In this document: positions 38,509-49,139 of the stretch, piece after piece | How positions within the stretch are numbered: position 1 is the stretch's first letter | How the letters are laid out: each line of letters opens with the position of its first letter | Source of the DNA: a virus | IMG/VR virus record: IMGVR_UViG_3300017780_006957 | Span: 1 to 64,000 of that record | Reading direction: 5' to 3' (one strand) | DNA: 64,000 nt | The notes under the pieces: generated by a model | What the model was told of the DNA's origin: nothing | Databases searched by the model: none | The model's input: the letters and a program-made list of their open reading frames with translations, nothing else | Made by a program: the position numbers and the translations under genes

Positions 38509-38538
38509 GCTTTTAATAGTTTCTCGGTTTGTCATAAT

Positions 38539-40148
38539 TTAATGAATATAAATTGCTTCACAATCAAACGGATCGTCATCACGGTCAGTCACTTCATGAT
38601 TACCATAATACCATTCAGTATACGCATTAAGTTTAATCTTAACTTCACCAGCTTGATGAGCTTCATCAACTCCTCCTTCATAACCACCAACAATAACCAT
38701 CGTTTCTGGATCGTAAGTGCTTAGTTTTTCAATTAATTGTTTTACGTTCATGCCCACAAATGTTGATGATATTTAACGATAGCGTTCATGGCCCACAAGT
38801 CTTTTTCTTCGATTAGTTTTTCGAGACGATTTGTTTCGGCGTATGCTTCTTCAAAACTCATACCATATAGCTCTTCGCATGAACGCATGCATGATGATTT
38901 GTTCCCTGCGGCATCAACCTTTGGTTCTCTAAACATTCCATGAACCCCAGGAAGCTCTTCTGGATAAGAATTGTCATGTTCTTTTTCAAGCATTGGCCGC
39001 TCAGTCTTAATATAGTTATAAACCGAACGAAGAAGAGTGTCTCTTGCTTTTAAAGTATTAATATATTCTTGAGACACGTGTCCCGCTTTAAGATCCTCGC
39101 TCCAGTCCATTTGATCCTGAAGCCCCTCTTCCTTTTCTATATAATGAATGAGGCACTCAAAAAGCAAATGTGGTATGAGTGATGTCTTATCACACCATGT
39201 ATTTGGAATGCTTTTAGTAAGCCACTTTTGTCGTGGATTAAACCATGCTGAAATTTGATATTTCAAATCCCACCAAAAGTAACTATTAAATAGCAGAGAT
39301 GGGTGCTTAAGCACTCTCAACGGATTGGTTTTATATGTGTTAATCATTAGTATTCTTCTTTCCAAGTATCGTGTAGATTATACCTTAACATACGGTGAGA
39401 TCCAATCAAAAAGTTTATAGGATCTTGGACACCAATATTTCCATTGCAACATTCTTCTACGATATATTGAGTAACCACTTCTTCCAGTGAAGACAGTCTA
39501 TTCGCTTCATTTACATATCGAGTGATTTTATCTGGCAATGCGGCATAGGACAAGTCTTCACCAGTGATTGGTACTCGCTCGTAGATATCAAACAGCAGTT
39601 GACGTACTTCTGCTTCAGTGAGTTCAGACACAAATTGAATTGTATGTTTCATTTTTAATTTGTTTTAATTCTTGTAGTAAGCCTTTTGCTTTCTTTTCCA
39701 ACGCTTCACGGCAATAATTATAAGTGCCGTCTGGTCGTTTACCATTTGAAGCAAGTTCGACAAATTCGCGGAGTTTTGTTGCTTCGGTAATATTATAAAT
39801 TTCGAGCGGACTTAAGCTATTCATATGATTATAATACCAAAGTTCCTACGGAAAGTAAACAAGAAAATGTCAAATATTCCAAGTGGTTTCCGTCACAGAA
39901 TCGCCGCATGTCTCACAGTAACCATCCTCGGTTTCACAAGAGTCATATTGGAAACAACCAATTAAGTCATCGACTGAGACAGTATTTTGTCTCAGTTCTT
40001 CTTTAAACTTTTCACATAGGTAATCCACAAATTCATCGATCTGCTCTTGAGTCATTGGATTATATTCACCGTAAATATCCTGTCCATTTACTGTAGTGCC
40101 AAACGATCTACATCCCTCGCTTTTAACAATTTTATATTTGGTCTTCAT
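38539..40148 (-). other. Block of hypothetical CDSs (38539-38757, 38748-39365, 39347-39652, 39624-39824, 39870-40148)
   Basis: Overlapping co-oriented ORFs. Confidence 0.6.
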
Positions 40149-40663
40149 AGTCTGTCTTTGAGGAATTTCTTGATATTTTCAAAGAAATCTTCATCGTTTA
40201 GATTGTTACCATAATACTCTGGGGTCTGATGGTAATTTTTTGTGACGATACCCATCATATCCATTTTGTCGCAATTATAACGAGGTGGTAGGTTATCAAT
40301 AAGCACATTATCTTTATCTGCGATAGGCATCTTCATCACTCCTTCGCCACCATAACCAAAGGAAATTTTATATTGCTGAATGTCTTCGCGTGTAAAAATA
40401 TGAGCATAGTCTAAACCAAACTCACCCAGTCGATTTAATGCTTCGGCATATTCGCGTGTAGCGGTCGTGAGAATATAAACATTTTCTTTGCCAATGAGGT
40501 CGTTATAATATGCAAAGAGATCTTTCGCGCATGGTCGAATGATCGTACGATAAGTATGCACATCTTCGGGAAGCATAAATTCGACATGTGTTTGACCTGG
40601 ATCATTATTCACTGTTGTGTGCAAGATGCACTCATCGAGATCTTGAAATATTCTTTTTATCAT
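40145..40663 (-). CDS. HAD-superfamily phosphatase (FCP1/NIF-like)
   Basis: DLDECILHT, IRP, LTTATREYA, VLIDN. Confidence 0.75.
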   Translation of the reverse strand: MIKRIFQDLDECILHTTVNNDPGQTHVEFMLPEDVHTYRTIIRPCAKDLFAYYNDLIGKENVYILTTATREYAEALNRLGEFGLDYAHIFTREDIQQYKISFGYGGEGVMKMPIADKDNVLIDNLPPRYNCDKMDMMGIVTKNYHQTPEYYGNNLNDEDFFENIKKFLKDRL

Positions 40664-40664
40664 A

Positions 40665-40892
40665 TTATTGCTCCCAATTTTTAATAAAAAATGCTGGTGT
40701 AGAATCCCCAACCCACGCACCAAGTTGATTGAACTCATGAAATTCAACAGCATCTTCGTAAGTCATTCCTTCTGCCATCAACTTTTCGATTACCGCATCT
40801 TGATCATAAAGAAGAAAAGGTTCTGATCCGAATCTGACAACTGCGCCCATGATGCAATCATCATAACCATCCATTTTAATTAAGTTTTCCAT
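40665..40892 (-). CDS. Conserved phage hypothetical protein
   Basis: DGYDDCIMG...EFHEFNQLGAWVGDSTPAF. Confidence 0.7.
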   Translation of the reverse strand: MENLIKMDGYDDCIMGAVVRFGSEPFLLYDQDAVIEKLMAEGMTYEDAVEFHEFNQLGAWVGDSTPAFFIKNWEQ

Positions 40893-41116
40893 TTATTTAT
40901 ATTTTAAATTTATAATCAGCGCCAACAAACAACAAAATAAAACAGCAATCAAAGGGTATAATTTTTCATCAGTCATCATTATCATTGTCGTTGTCATGAT
41001 CTTTTTCTTCGATAAAGCTCTCTATGAAAATTAATGTTATTGGAATAATCGACAATAGTATCATTATACCCAACAAATATTTAATAAACATAAAAGCCAT
41101 AAAATTAATTATACAT

Positions 41117-41449
41117 TTAAGAAATTTCACTTTTTATACGCTGCAAAATATCATCTGAACCGCTAACCTTATCAATTAACCCGTCACTATTGAAGACAAG
41201 CAGACATGGGACGCTTTTGATACTATGCAACTTAAAGAAATCCACCTCATCTTCCATTTGCTTAATCTCTACTGTTAAATTCTCTGCGACGATTCTAGAC
41301 TTGAGGACTTTGCAGGGTCCACAAAATCCAGCAGATGCCAAAATCAATTTATTCTTGGGGCTAAAAATATTATCCCAGTTTTCTCTTCCTTCTTTAGAGA
41401 GGGACTTTGATTTGATCAAATCATTTGTGATGTCGTTTCGTGCTGTCAT
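41117..41449 (-). CDS. Thioredoxin/glutaredoxin-like protein
   Basis: FCGPCK and SVP motifs. Confidence 0.8.
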   Translation of the reverse strand: MTARNDITNDLIKSKSLSKEGRENWDNIFSPKNKLILASAGFCGPCKVLKSRIVAENLTVEIKQMEDEVDFFKLHSIKSVPCLLVFNSDGLIDKVSGSDDILQRIKSEIS

Positions 41450-41455
41450 TTTTAT

Positions 41456-41971
41456 TTAATATTTGTTTCGGGCTTGCTCCCATTTTTCTCTTTTATTGTA
41501 TAATTCTTCGTCGCTTAATTCAATTGGCTTTTCGTTTTTTGTTAAATCCATAGAAATCAATGAGCCATTATGAAACAAAGCTTTATATTCAATCCATCCC
41601 AGTTCATATCTTTGCCAATCTTCACTATCTGATTGATTATGTTGTTGTTTATAATTTTCATGGTAATAGCATTCATAAAAATTAATACATCCACTAAAGT
41701 CTGTTTTGACCCAAGTTCGTGAAATGGTTTCCATATGTCCCATTCTATCAAAAAGAGATTCTGCGTTTGGAGTCGTAGATTCAATCCATTTTTTTTCCGT
41801 CAACTCTTCCCAAAGAATCCCATCATGATCTATTTTATATAAACACATGTATTGATTAGGAGTATCTTTTGTTTGGAAAGCGATATTTTCTGCGCTACCC
41901 CAAGCGTCAATTACTCTTTGAGGCAAATCAACAAGAGTATATTCACATTTTAAATAATCAAACATTCCCAA
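41456..41971 (-). CDS. Conserved phage hypothetical protein
   Basis: MGMFDYLKC...FQTKD...WIEYKALF motif. Confidence 0.7.
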   Translation of the reverse strand: MGMFDYLKCEYTLVDLPQRVIDAWGSAENIAFQTKDTPNQYMCLYKIDHDGILWEELTEKKWIESTTPNAESLFDRMGHMETISRTWVKTDFSGCINFYECYYHENYKQQHNQSDSEDWQRYELGWIEYKALFHNGSLISMDLTKNEKPIELSDEELYNKREKWEQARNKY

Positions 41972-42063
41972 AATTACTTTTTCTTTCTATTTTTAAATTT
42001 TTAATAGTTACAGGAGGGGTTCCCCAACCCCTCCTGTATTATACTACCACTACAAACGAGTTA

Positions 42064-43059
42064 TCAAGCAAGAAAAACTATTTCTTCGCCATAATTATTC
42101 TTTCCCCAGAGATATCCAAGAGAATTCAAAGAATCAATCACTTTCTCTCTTGAGTAGGTATTTCCTGGAGTAAGAAGGACTTGAATATTCCTAATAAAAT
42201 ACTCTTGATATCCTTCTCCAATTTTTTGATCAATAAAATTATTCAAAAGATTTTCAAATTCTGTATATTCCACGTATTCTTCCGAATACATTTCATTACC
42301 ATCTTCATCACAAACAGACGATTCAATCTCTTCCGAAAAGATATCAATTACCTTATATGCGGATACCCTGCACTTCTGACAATTATAATCTTCAGGAACG
42401 CTAACCACATCTTTTGGATTAATCTTTACGACAACAACCATTCCTTGAGCAAAGTCTTCTGCGTAATTCAAAGATCCAACGTGAAGTCCATACGAGCAAT
42501 GATGTTGACGGTTGTCATCGACATCCCAGCGACGAACCTCAATCTCTTCACCAACTCCATTATAGATCTTTCCAGACGCATCTACCTTACCCTTGAGAAC
42601 CTTGGTTTTCTTATTTCCGCTAATCGACCATCCAGTCGAATTTAGCCCCTTGTAAGCAAGGAAGCATCCATCTTCAGTAATTGGAAGCTCCTTATAAGAC
42701 AAGAAATCATAGAGTTCACGAACAGAATTTGCAGAAGGATTGAGTTGAAGATTGTCCCAAAAATTGCCAAATAGTGATACAGGCAATCCTTCTTGAGCAA
42801 TCGCACGAACCTTATCTGCCAAGGCTTCTGGTAGTTCTTCTCCCTTGTAGATTACTTCTTCTGGAGTGATCTTGAAACCATCTCGTTCAAAGCTACCTGC
42901 GGATTGATCTAGGATCTCAAGAATCGCCGCCTCTTGTTCGCTTTTAGGCAAATCAAAAGCCTTGATGATGCGAACATATTGAACAGAGGATTTGTCAATC
43001 TTGATTGGTTTATTTTGGTGGAAAAATACGATTCCAGTTGCGTTAATGATGTACTTCAT
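42064..43059 (-). CDS. rIIB: rIIB-like protein
   Basis: LPITEDGCFLAYK, CSYGLHVGS, VKINPKDVVSVP.DY and KCRV motifs; downstream of the rIIA-like gene. Confidence 0.85.
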   Translation of the reverse strand: MKYIINATGIVFFHQNKPIKIDKSSVQYVRIIKAFDLPKSEQEAAILEILDQSAGSFERDGFKITPEEVIYKGEELPEALADKVRAIAQEGLPVSLFGNFWDNLQLNPSANSVRELYDFLSYKELPITEDGCFLAYKGLNSTGWSISGNKKTKVLKGKVDASGKIYNGVGEEIEVRRWDVDDNRQHHCSYGLHVGSLNYAEDFAQGMVVVVKINPKDVVSVPEDYNCQKCRVSAYKVIDIFSEEIESSVCDEDGNEMYSEEYVEYTEFENLLNNFIDQKIGEGYQEYFIRNIQVLLTPGNTYSREKVIDSLNSLGYLWGKNNYGEEIVFLA

Positions 43060-43098
43060 ACTGTTTATAATAATTTAGGTTAGCGTTTTTGTCAATGA

Positions 43099-45000
43099 TT
43101 ATTTCATTTTAAGAATCTTTCTCAGGTCTTCTCTTGAATATTTTTCAATATTGTAATGATAATTGCCCAACGAAGTGACAAGTTTAGATCTAATAGAATT
43201 TTCTTGTTGAAGTTTTTCCCAAAAGCAATTCAGCTTTTTGGCATTTTTATCTTTTTTAATTGCATCATGGGTTCTTGAATTAAAATTGACCCATCGTTTC
43301 ATACAGGAATTACGAGCGAATTCTTTTGCCCTTTCTTCTGATTCAATTTTGTCGAAAGATTCTTTTAGTTGTTTTGATTTAAGTGACTTGGCGTTATTCC
43401 AACCAAGTTTCTCCATATCTTTGACAAATACATGAGAGTTACTTTGATGACACTGATTTCGTCCTTCTTTAATACAAATAGAGAATTTCAAAACCTCTGA
43501 AAAATGTTTTGCGTTTTCAATTAGTTCTTTGTTTTGAGTCAATGCTTCTTCTTCATTATTTGCATTAGATAGGTTGTGATATGATCGAATATAATTGTGG
43601 AATTCCAATGCAGTCATTTGATTGGGGTATTTATATCCCCTCTGATCATAAACTGAATAAGTTTTTGGCAACTTATTATTTGAAGTTTTCGGCAACTTAA
43701 TAATCTTTACTGAAGCAATATGAAAATTCTCTTTAATCTTTTCGACATCAGTATTCTTATTATTTAAATCTGAATCAGCGACAAAGTAATAACTCTCTCC
43801 TGTCAGTTTGCAGTAGTTCGTAATTTTATTTAACCAGTAGTCATAATTACCAGTATTTGGTGCAATTAAAATAACTGATTTATTATTTTTCTTAGCAATA
43901 TTACCTTCTTTATTGATTTGAATTACGTTGTGTAAGGTGAAATAAACATCTTTAAACAATACAGACTTCCTTGCTTCAAAGATTTCTCCAGTATACAGGG
44001 AATTATCTAGTTGACTAAGGCAGTCGTCCAAAAGATCAAAAATAGATTTTGATTTAAATTGAGCCAAATCTTCTTCGTTTAATTCTTCAATTGTTTTATT
44101 GATTTTATCAAGCACCAACTTGTTGGCGGTAGTATTTTCAAAATTTTCGCGGCTAATTGGTATCGACATCATTCCAATTGGAATATCAATAACTAAAATA
44201 TGATTTCGTTTAATATTGAAATTTTTATCTTTAACAGAAGATCCATATGTTACTCCTCCCATTTGAAAAATGGTTTCCATATATGATGATGACCCGCCAT
44301 AGTTTAACAACCGAAATTTAAATCCATTTCTTTCGAAAGATTTAATTGTTTCGAATGGAGAAATAATGAGATTACCAATCGTGGCTTCTATTTTTGCTGG
44401 AGACAGGTGAATGAAATCTTGAATTTCTCGTTTGAAGTCAGAATAATCAGCAGAAAAAATAGGAACGGAAACTTCTAATCCTGTTTCGTTTGTATCGCAT
44501 TCATCGATCTTATAGATATGACCAACGGGAACTCCAGAATCTCCAGCACCCAAAACGCAAGTGTAGGTTGTGCATTTTCCATTGAAATAAGAAGTCACAA
44601 AGAAAGTGTCATTATAACAATGCCCAGCTTTCGATCCGACACCAAAGCCACCAATCGAATCATTTGATTTTGATTTTGTTGAGCGGAAATACATTCCAAA
44701 GATGTTGCGAACACCTTCTTCACTCAAACCCTTGGCAAAATCACGAACATAAAAAGTATGTTCGTTGTTTTCAAGACGCAAACCAGTTTGAACAGTTTCT
44801 TTAACGTCGAATTTATTGTGTTCGTCAATAGCATTACAAAGATATTCTCTTACGACGGCTTTGATTTTATTTGAATAAATCTTATCTCGCAAGTGCCATG
44901 TCGCTATTTCCATGCCTTTAAAATCCATACCCATGATAGAGTTTTGCATGTTGTCTGATGTTAAGAGCGGGGAGCAGGTAGCGTTCATTTTCATATCCAA
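43099..45000 (-). CDS. rIIA: rIIA-like GHKL ATPase
   Basis: IYSNKIKAVVREYLCNAIDEH, VRDFAKGLS, STKSKSND.IGGFGVGSK. Confidence 0.85.
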   Translation of the reverse strand: MDMKMNATCSPLLTSDNMQNSIMGMDFKGMEIATWHLRDKIYSNKIKAVVREYLCNAIDEHNKFDVKETVQTGLRLENNEHTFYVRDFAKGLSEEGVRNIFGMYFRSTKSKSNDSIGGFGVGSKAGHCYNDTFFVTSYFNGKCTTYTCVLGAGDSGVPVGHIYKIDECDTNETGLEVSVPIFSADYSDFKREIQDFIHLSPAKIEATIGNLIISPFETIKSFERNGFKFRLLNYGGSSSYMETIFQMGGVTYGSSVKDKNFNIKRNHILVIDIPIGMMSIPISRENFENTTANKLVLDKINKTIEELNEEDLAQFKSKSIFDLLDDCLSQLDNSLYTGEIFEARKSVLFKDVYFTLHNVIQINKEGNIAKKNNKSVILIAPNTGNYDYWLNKITNYCKLTGESYYFVADSDLNNKNTDVEKIKENFHIASVKIIKLPKTSNNKLPKTYSVYDQRGYKYPNQMTALEFHNYIRSYHNLSNANNEEEALTQNKELIENAKHFSEVLKFSICIKEGRNQCHQSNSHVFVKDMEKLGWNNAKSLKSKQLKESFDKIESEERAKEFARNSCMKRWVNFNSRTHDAIKKDKNAKKLNCFWEKLQQENSIRSKLVTSLGNYHYNIEKYSREDLRKILKMK

Positions 45001-45070
45001 AATATATCTGGCATTGAGATTGTTTGCAAGAAAATTATTTGCAAGGGATAAAATAAGTGTAATTCATTTT

Positions 45071-45787
45071 ATGAAAAAATGTTCTAAATGCAGTATCAAA
45101 AAAAATGAAAACGAATTTGATCAATGTAAAAATGTCAAATCTGGCATATATCCTTCATGCAAAGAATGTCGTAAAAAATACAGAATTGAAAATAAAGAAT
45201 TTTTAAAACAAAAAAATAAAGATTATTATGATAAAATCAAAGAAAATGATGATTTTTTAAATAAGAGAAAAATATATTATCAAAAAAATAAAAATACAAT
45301 AATTGAACAATCTAAAATTAACTACAACAAAAATAGAAATTTATATAATAAAAAAAGAAATCTTCGAATAAAATTTCGTTTAAAAAACGAGCCAGAATTA
45401 AAATTAATTAAAAATATAAGAAGAATGATTAATAGAGTAATTACAACAAAAAATCAAAAATCTATTTATTATTTAGGGGTAAAGTCTGCGGAAGAATTTA
45501 TTGAGTTAATGAATCAAAAAACATCTAATAAAAATTGGATTCAAGATGATTATCATATCGACCATATCTGGCAAGTTCATTGGTTTTCGGAAGCTTTAAA
45601 AGAAAATGCAGAAAAAACATGCTTAATGATCAATCATCATAGTAATTTGCGCCCAATACGAGCGGAAGAAAATTTAATTAGATCCAAACAAGATTTTGAT
45701 ATTTTAAAATATGAAGATTTTGCAAAATACAAGAATTATTTAAATATAAGTATTTTAGAAGAAATTAAATTATATAAAAATTGGTAA
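45071..45787 (+). mobile_element. HNH-type homing endonuclease
   Basis: MKKCSKC...CKEC, a Lys-rich linker, YHIDHI...HHSNLRP...EN; GTGTAA upstream; opposite strand to neighbours. Confidence 0.75.
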
Positions 45788-45997
45788 TTAAAAATTCATC
45801 ACAGATTGTCGAACATCTTCTGATTTGGCTACAATTTCTCTAATTGTCTGAACTTTATAAATATAATAATGTTTGCGGGGATTTTCTTCGCAAAGCTTTT
45901 GATATAAATCAAAAATAAGTTTTTTGTTTTCGCTGTAACGGATAATTTGATCTCCGAAATGCAAAAAATACTGGATCACAATGTTTTTATTCATCAT
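45788..45997 (-). CDS. Hypothetical protein
   Basis: 69-aa ORF. Confidence 0.5.
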   Translation of the reverse strand: MMNKNIVIQYFLHFGDQIIRYSENKKLIFDLYQKLCEENPRKHYYIYKVQTIREIVAKSEDVRQSVMNF

Positions 45998-46034
45998 AAT
46001 CCAGTATTATATAGATCGAATTCTAAGTCAAGAA

Positions 46035-46235
46035 TTATTTGTCTTTTGCTTTTCCAACATTCAAAGCGAGAATATCAATTATTTTATAAGCCTTAGCTAA
46101 AAATGATCCTGCTTTTGGCGTTGGGGTGATAGCGGCGATAGCCGATGCGACTGAAATGACTGCTACAACAACACCAAACCAAGGGTATTGTCTAATTATT
46201 TCAACTACTAATTGAGTTATAGATGTAATGTCCAT
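46035..46235 (-). CDS. Small membrane protein, holin-like
   Basis: TM helix plus ASAIAAITPTPK...YKIIDILALNVGKAK. Confidence 0.6.
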   Translation of the reverse strand: MDITSITQLVVEIIRQYPWFGVVVAVISVASAIAAITPTPKAGSFLAKAYKIIDILALNVGKAKDK

Positions 46236-46261
46236 GTCAATTATTACACTTAATTTTGATT

Positions 46262-46483
46262 TTATTCAAAAATTGTGCTTTCAACCATTTTATAATAGTC
46301 ATCAGATAATTCGCCAGCATTATAAATAAAATCAAAAATCCAACCAATATCTGACTCATCTTCTATGAGTAAATCATTAATGAGATTATCAAATAACTCA
46401 TCCTGCTTCTTTTGTAAGGTTGAGATTTCGCGTTTAGCGCATTCAACCAAAACCCTTTGTTCTTCGTTTAGTTTTTTATTCAT
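46262..46483 (-). CDS. Hypothetical protein
   Basis: 73-aa ORF. Confidence 0.5.
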   Translation of the reverse strand: MNKKLNEEQRVLVECAKREISTLQKKQDELFDNLINDLLIEDESDIGWIFDFIYNAGELSDDYYKMVESTIFE

Positions 46484-46635
46484 TTATTTTATTCTTGTTG
46501 CTAATATTAATCCTAGATTGGCCATTGCGTAACTTCCCCAAACAATAAACCACGGCCAGTTGCCTTTGAAGGCATAACTTGCCGCGACATAAGCATAGAG
46601 AAAGAAAACAATAAATACTATTTTTTCTTCTAAAT

Positions 46636-47001
46636 TCATTTTGTTACTTTTATTTCCATAAACATAGGATACTTTTTTATGTAAGACTCTGCTTCTTTTT
46701 TGCTCTTACAATAAATATCTACTACTATATTCGATTTACCAAGTTTACGAGATGCTCTACGGCTTTTAACTGCTGAACCTGTATCTTGCGCCAAAAATGT
46801 TTTGCCCATCTTTGGAATAAAAATCTTAGATTTATAAGGTATAATCTTAGGATCAACAGCAATAGTTTTATTGACTGTCGGTTTAGCCCCAGTAGAAGTT
46901 TGATATCCATCCCAGTAATAGGTTACTCTCGCCATATAAGTTTGTGCATGGCACAAATTACAAGCGAGCAATAACGCAAGTATTAATGTTTTAATTTTCA
47001 T
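46636..47001 (-). CDS. Secreted 3D-domain (MltA-like) cell-wall protein
   Basis: Signal peptide; TIAVDPKIIP, AQDTGSAVK and VDIY motifs. Confidence 0.8.
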   Translation of the reverse strand: MKIKTLILALLLACNLCHAQTYMARVTYYWDGYQTSTGAKPTVNKTIAVDPKIIPYKSKIFIPKMGKTFLAQDTGSAVKSRRASRKLGKSNIVVDIYCKSKKEAESYIKKYPMFMEIKVTK

Positions 47002-47259
47002 GCTAAAATGATAGCATAAAAATTTTATCATGTAAAGAATTTATTTAAATTTCTTTCTTAAAGATAGCTTTAGTATCTTCCCCAAAAAGAATAGCCTCTT
47101 TTTGAGCGTAGATGTCTGCTAATTCTCTATTATCTTCCCTAAAGGATACAGTCATGCCCTCAGTCAATGGGTTTTTGCCTTTGAGTGCATATACATACTT
47201 TTTTGCTTTCGGTGCTTGTTTTGTTTTCATATTAAAAATATTTTGTGTAATAAAGTCAG

Positions 47260-47502
47260 ATGCCAAGACATTTACAATCTCAGATCCATTCAGATTTTTC
47301 TCGTATTTCGGGAACTTGGACTGGCTATAGAGCGCAAATCACTGGCTTGTGGGGTTCTACCTCTAACCATGATGATTTTAATAATCATTTAATTAGAGAA
47401 TATAATCGAAAAATTAATTACCTTAATATGCCAAGTGGATTATATATTATTCCTTATAATGCAGGTTTCAGTTATACTACTGATATTAGTAAGCTTACTT
47501 AA
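47260..47502 (+). CDS. Small late protein
   Basis: GTGTAA upstream; contains SG/TG motifs. Confidence 0.5.
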   Translation: MPRHLQSQIHSDFSRISGTWTGYRAQITGLWGSTSNHDDFNNHLIREYNRKINYLNMPSGLYIIPYNAGFSYTTDISKLT

Positions 47503-47506
47503 AAAA

Positions 47507-47529
47507 TGGAGCGGAATGTCAGAGTGAAA
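47507..47529 (-). pseudogene. 3' fragment of a Gly-type tRNA
   Basis: TTTCACT-CTGAC-ATTCCGC-T-CCA on the minus strand, overlapping the endonuclease stop. Confidence 0.55.
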
Positions 47530-48175
47530 TATAATATTTAATAAAAGTTATACATTTTTCAAGAAAAATTGGAAAATCATTTTTTTTCTTATAATTTAAA
47601 TCATTAGATGAAATTCTCATTATATTCCAACCATTTTTTATTAAATTTGAATCTCTAATAGCATCTTTTTCTTTGTCGTGCCATTTTATACCATCATATT
47701 CTATATTTATTTTATAATCTGGTAAAGCTATATCGAGATAAATATTATCGACTTTGTACTCTTGTTGTAATTCTGGAAATATCTTTTTTAATTCTTCAAA
47801 TAATATATTTTGCCAATAAGATTTTTTACCAGCACATTTCTTATTTGGATGTTTTTCTGGATTTAATTTAAAAAATTCTTTTTTTGATAAAGACATTTTT
47901 AATTTACTTTCATCGCTTCTTTTTGAACCAAGATTTTTTAAAGATAAAGCTTTTTTTCTTTCAAGAGTCCAACTTTCTTTAAGTTTTTGTTTTCTATCCT
48001 CAGTACAAGGTAAAGTTTTTTTGCCTTTTATTGGAGATATTCTACCAGTTGCTTTTTGACTTCTTATTGAATTAATTTCTTCAGTCCAAATTCTTGAATT
48101 AGCGCAAGATCTAGAACAAAAAATACCACTGCCAAATGTTCCATTATGATCTATATTGCATTTTTTACATTGCAT
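47519..48175 (-). mobile_element. Homing endonuclease (zinc finger, NUMOD3, DUF559/Vsr-like domain)
   Basis: CKKC...FCSRSC, RSDESKLKMS, YLDIA...INIEYDGIKWHD. Confidence 0.8.
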
Positions 48176-48218
48176 ATAATTATTTACACAATCGAACTAA
48201 CTTTATGAATTAAAAAAA

Positions 48219-48292
48219 TGGTGCGTTATGTGGTAGTCGAAACCACGCTACTAGAGTGGAAGTCTAGTGTGCTACCGTAACACTTATAACGC
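48219..48292 (-). tRNA. tRNA-Gly(UCC)
   Basis: GCGTTAT/ATAACGC acceptor, CTTCCAC loop, TTCGACT T-loop, CCA. Confidence 0.88.
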
Positions 48293-48297
48293 AAAAT

Positions 48298-48369
48298 TGG
48301 TGGAGCATTTCGGAACTGCCCCGAAGTCCGCAATGCATATAGCATTACGTCGAAATCTATATATGCCCC
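48298..48369 (-). ncRNA. Minimal tmRNA-like RNA (tRNA-like domain only)
   Basis: GGGGCAT-ATATAGATTTCGAC-GTAATGC-TATAT-GCATTGC-GGAC-TTCGG-GGCAGTT-CCGAA-ATGCTCC-A-CCA; G3.U70 pair, no D-stem. Confidence 0.8.
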
Positions 48370-48852
48370 TTAACTTTCTTTATTAAACATTACATAATTA
48401 TGAACAGAAACAACATAATCTTCTGCTACAGCAAGTTTACCCTGCATCCATGTTTCTGTCAAGTTATCTTGCACTTTTAAATCATCTAAAGCTGCCAAAA
48501 TGTTTTCGGCGTGAGATTTGATTGAAGCAATAGATCCAATAGCCATTTCATAAAGATCTTTCTTGTATTCGGTCAACTCCTCTTCTGGACTTTCATCTTC
48601 CATTTCTGGAGCATTAAAATCCACTTCTTCAGCCTTGCTAACTTTTTTAAGTGGTTCTGCAAAATCAAGAAATTCATCATCGCCAGATCCGACGACAACA
48701 TCAGCAGAAGCTTTGGCTTGATCGAATTGAGTATAACAGATTGCAATGCGCTGTTGATTGTCTTTGAACTTAGGGTCTTTGGCTACTTCAGAGATGCAGC
48801 GGCCCACAAAATCCTTTTTCTTTTCTTTTTTCTCAGGAGTTGGTAAAGGCAT
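48370..48852 (-). CDS. Late hypothetical protein
   Basis: MPLPTP...DFVGRCI...QRIAICY motif; GTGTAA upstream. Confidence 0.65.
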   Translation of the reverse strand: MPLPTPEKKEKKKDFVGRCISEVAKDPKFKDNQQRIAICYTQFDQAKASADVVVGSGDDEFLDFAEPLKKVSKAEEVDFNAPEMEDESPEEELTEYKKDLYEMAIGSIASIKSHAENILAALDDLKVQDNLTETWMQGKLAVAEDYVVSVHNYVMFNKES

Positions 48853-48880
48853 AATTTTATATTTAAAATATATTACACTT

Positions 48881-49126
48881 TTAATGCATGAAGTTAATAA
48901 TTTTCTGAACAGCGACTTCAATGTCCGTTGCGTCTCTTATGATTTTATCTTCAGACCAACTATGGGCCGCATTATATGAGTGATTTTTCATCAATTTATT
49001 TGTTTTTAAATCTACCCAATGGAAAGACTGCCAATCGACAAGATCTTTTAGGTTTTTTATGGTGATTCTCTGTTCTTCATATTTGTTGATTTCGATTTCA
49101 ATAGTAGATGTTCCTTTGATTTTCAT
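48881..49126 (-). CDS. Hypothetical protein
   Basis: 81-aa ORF. Confidence 0.5.
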   Translation of the reverse strand: MKIKGTSTIEIEINKYEEQRITIKNLKDLVDWQSFHWVDLKTNKLMKNHSYNAAHSWSEDKIIRDATDIEVAVQKIINFMH

Positions 49127-49139
49127 AATAAGAAAGGCA

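Noticed and set aside
44912-45070. N-terminal extension of the HNH ORF given in the track
   Set aside because: It overlaps the rIIA start on the opposite strand, and the GTGTAA motif supports ATG 45071.
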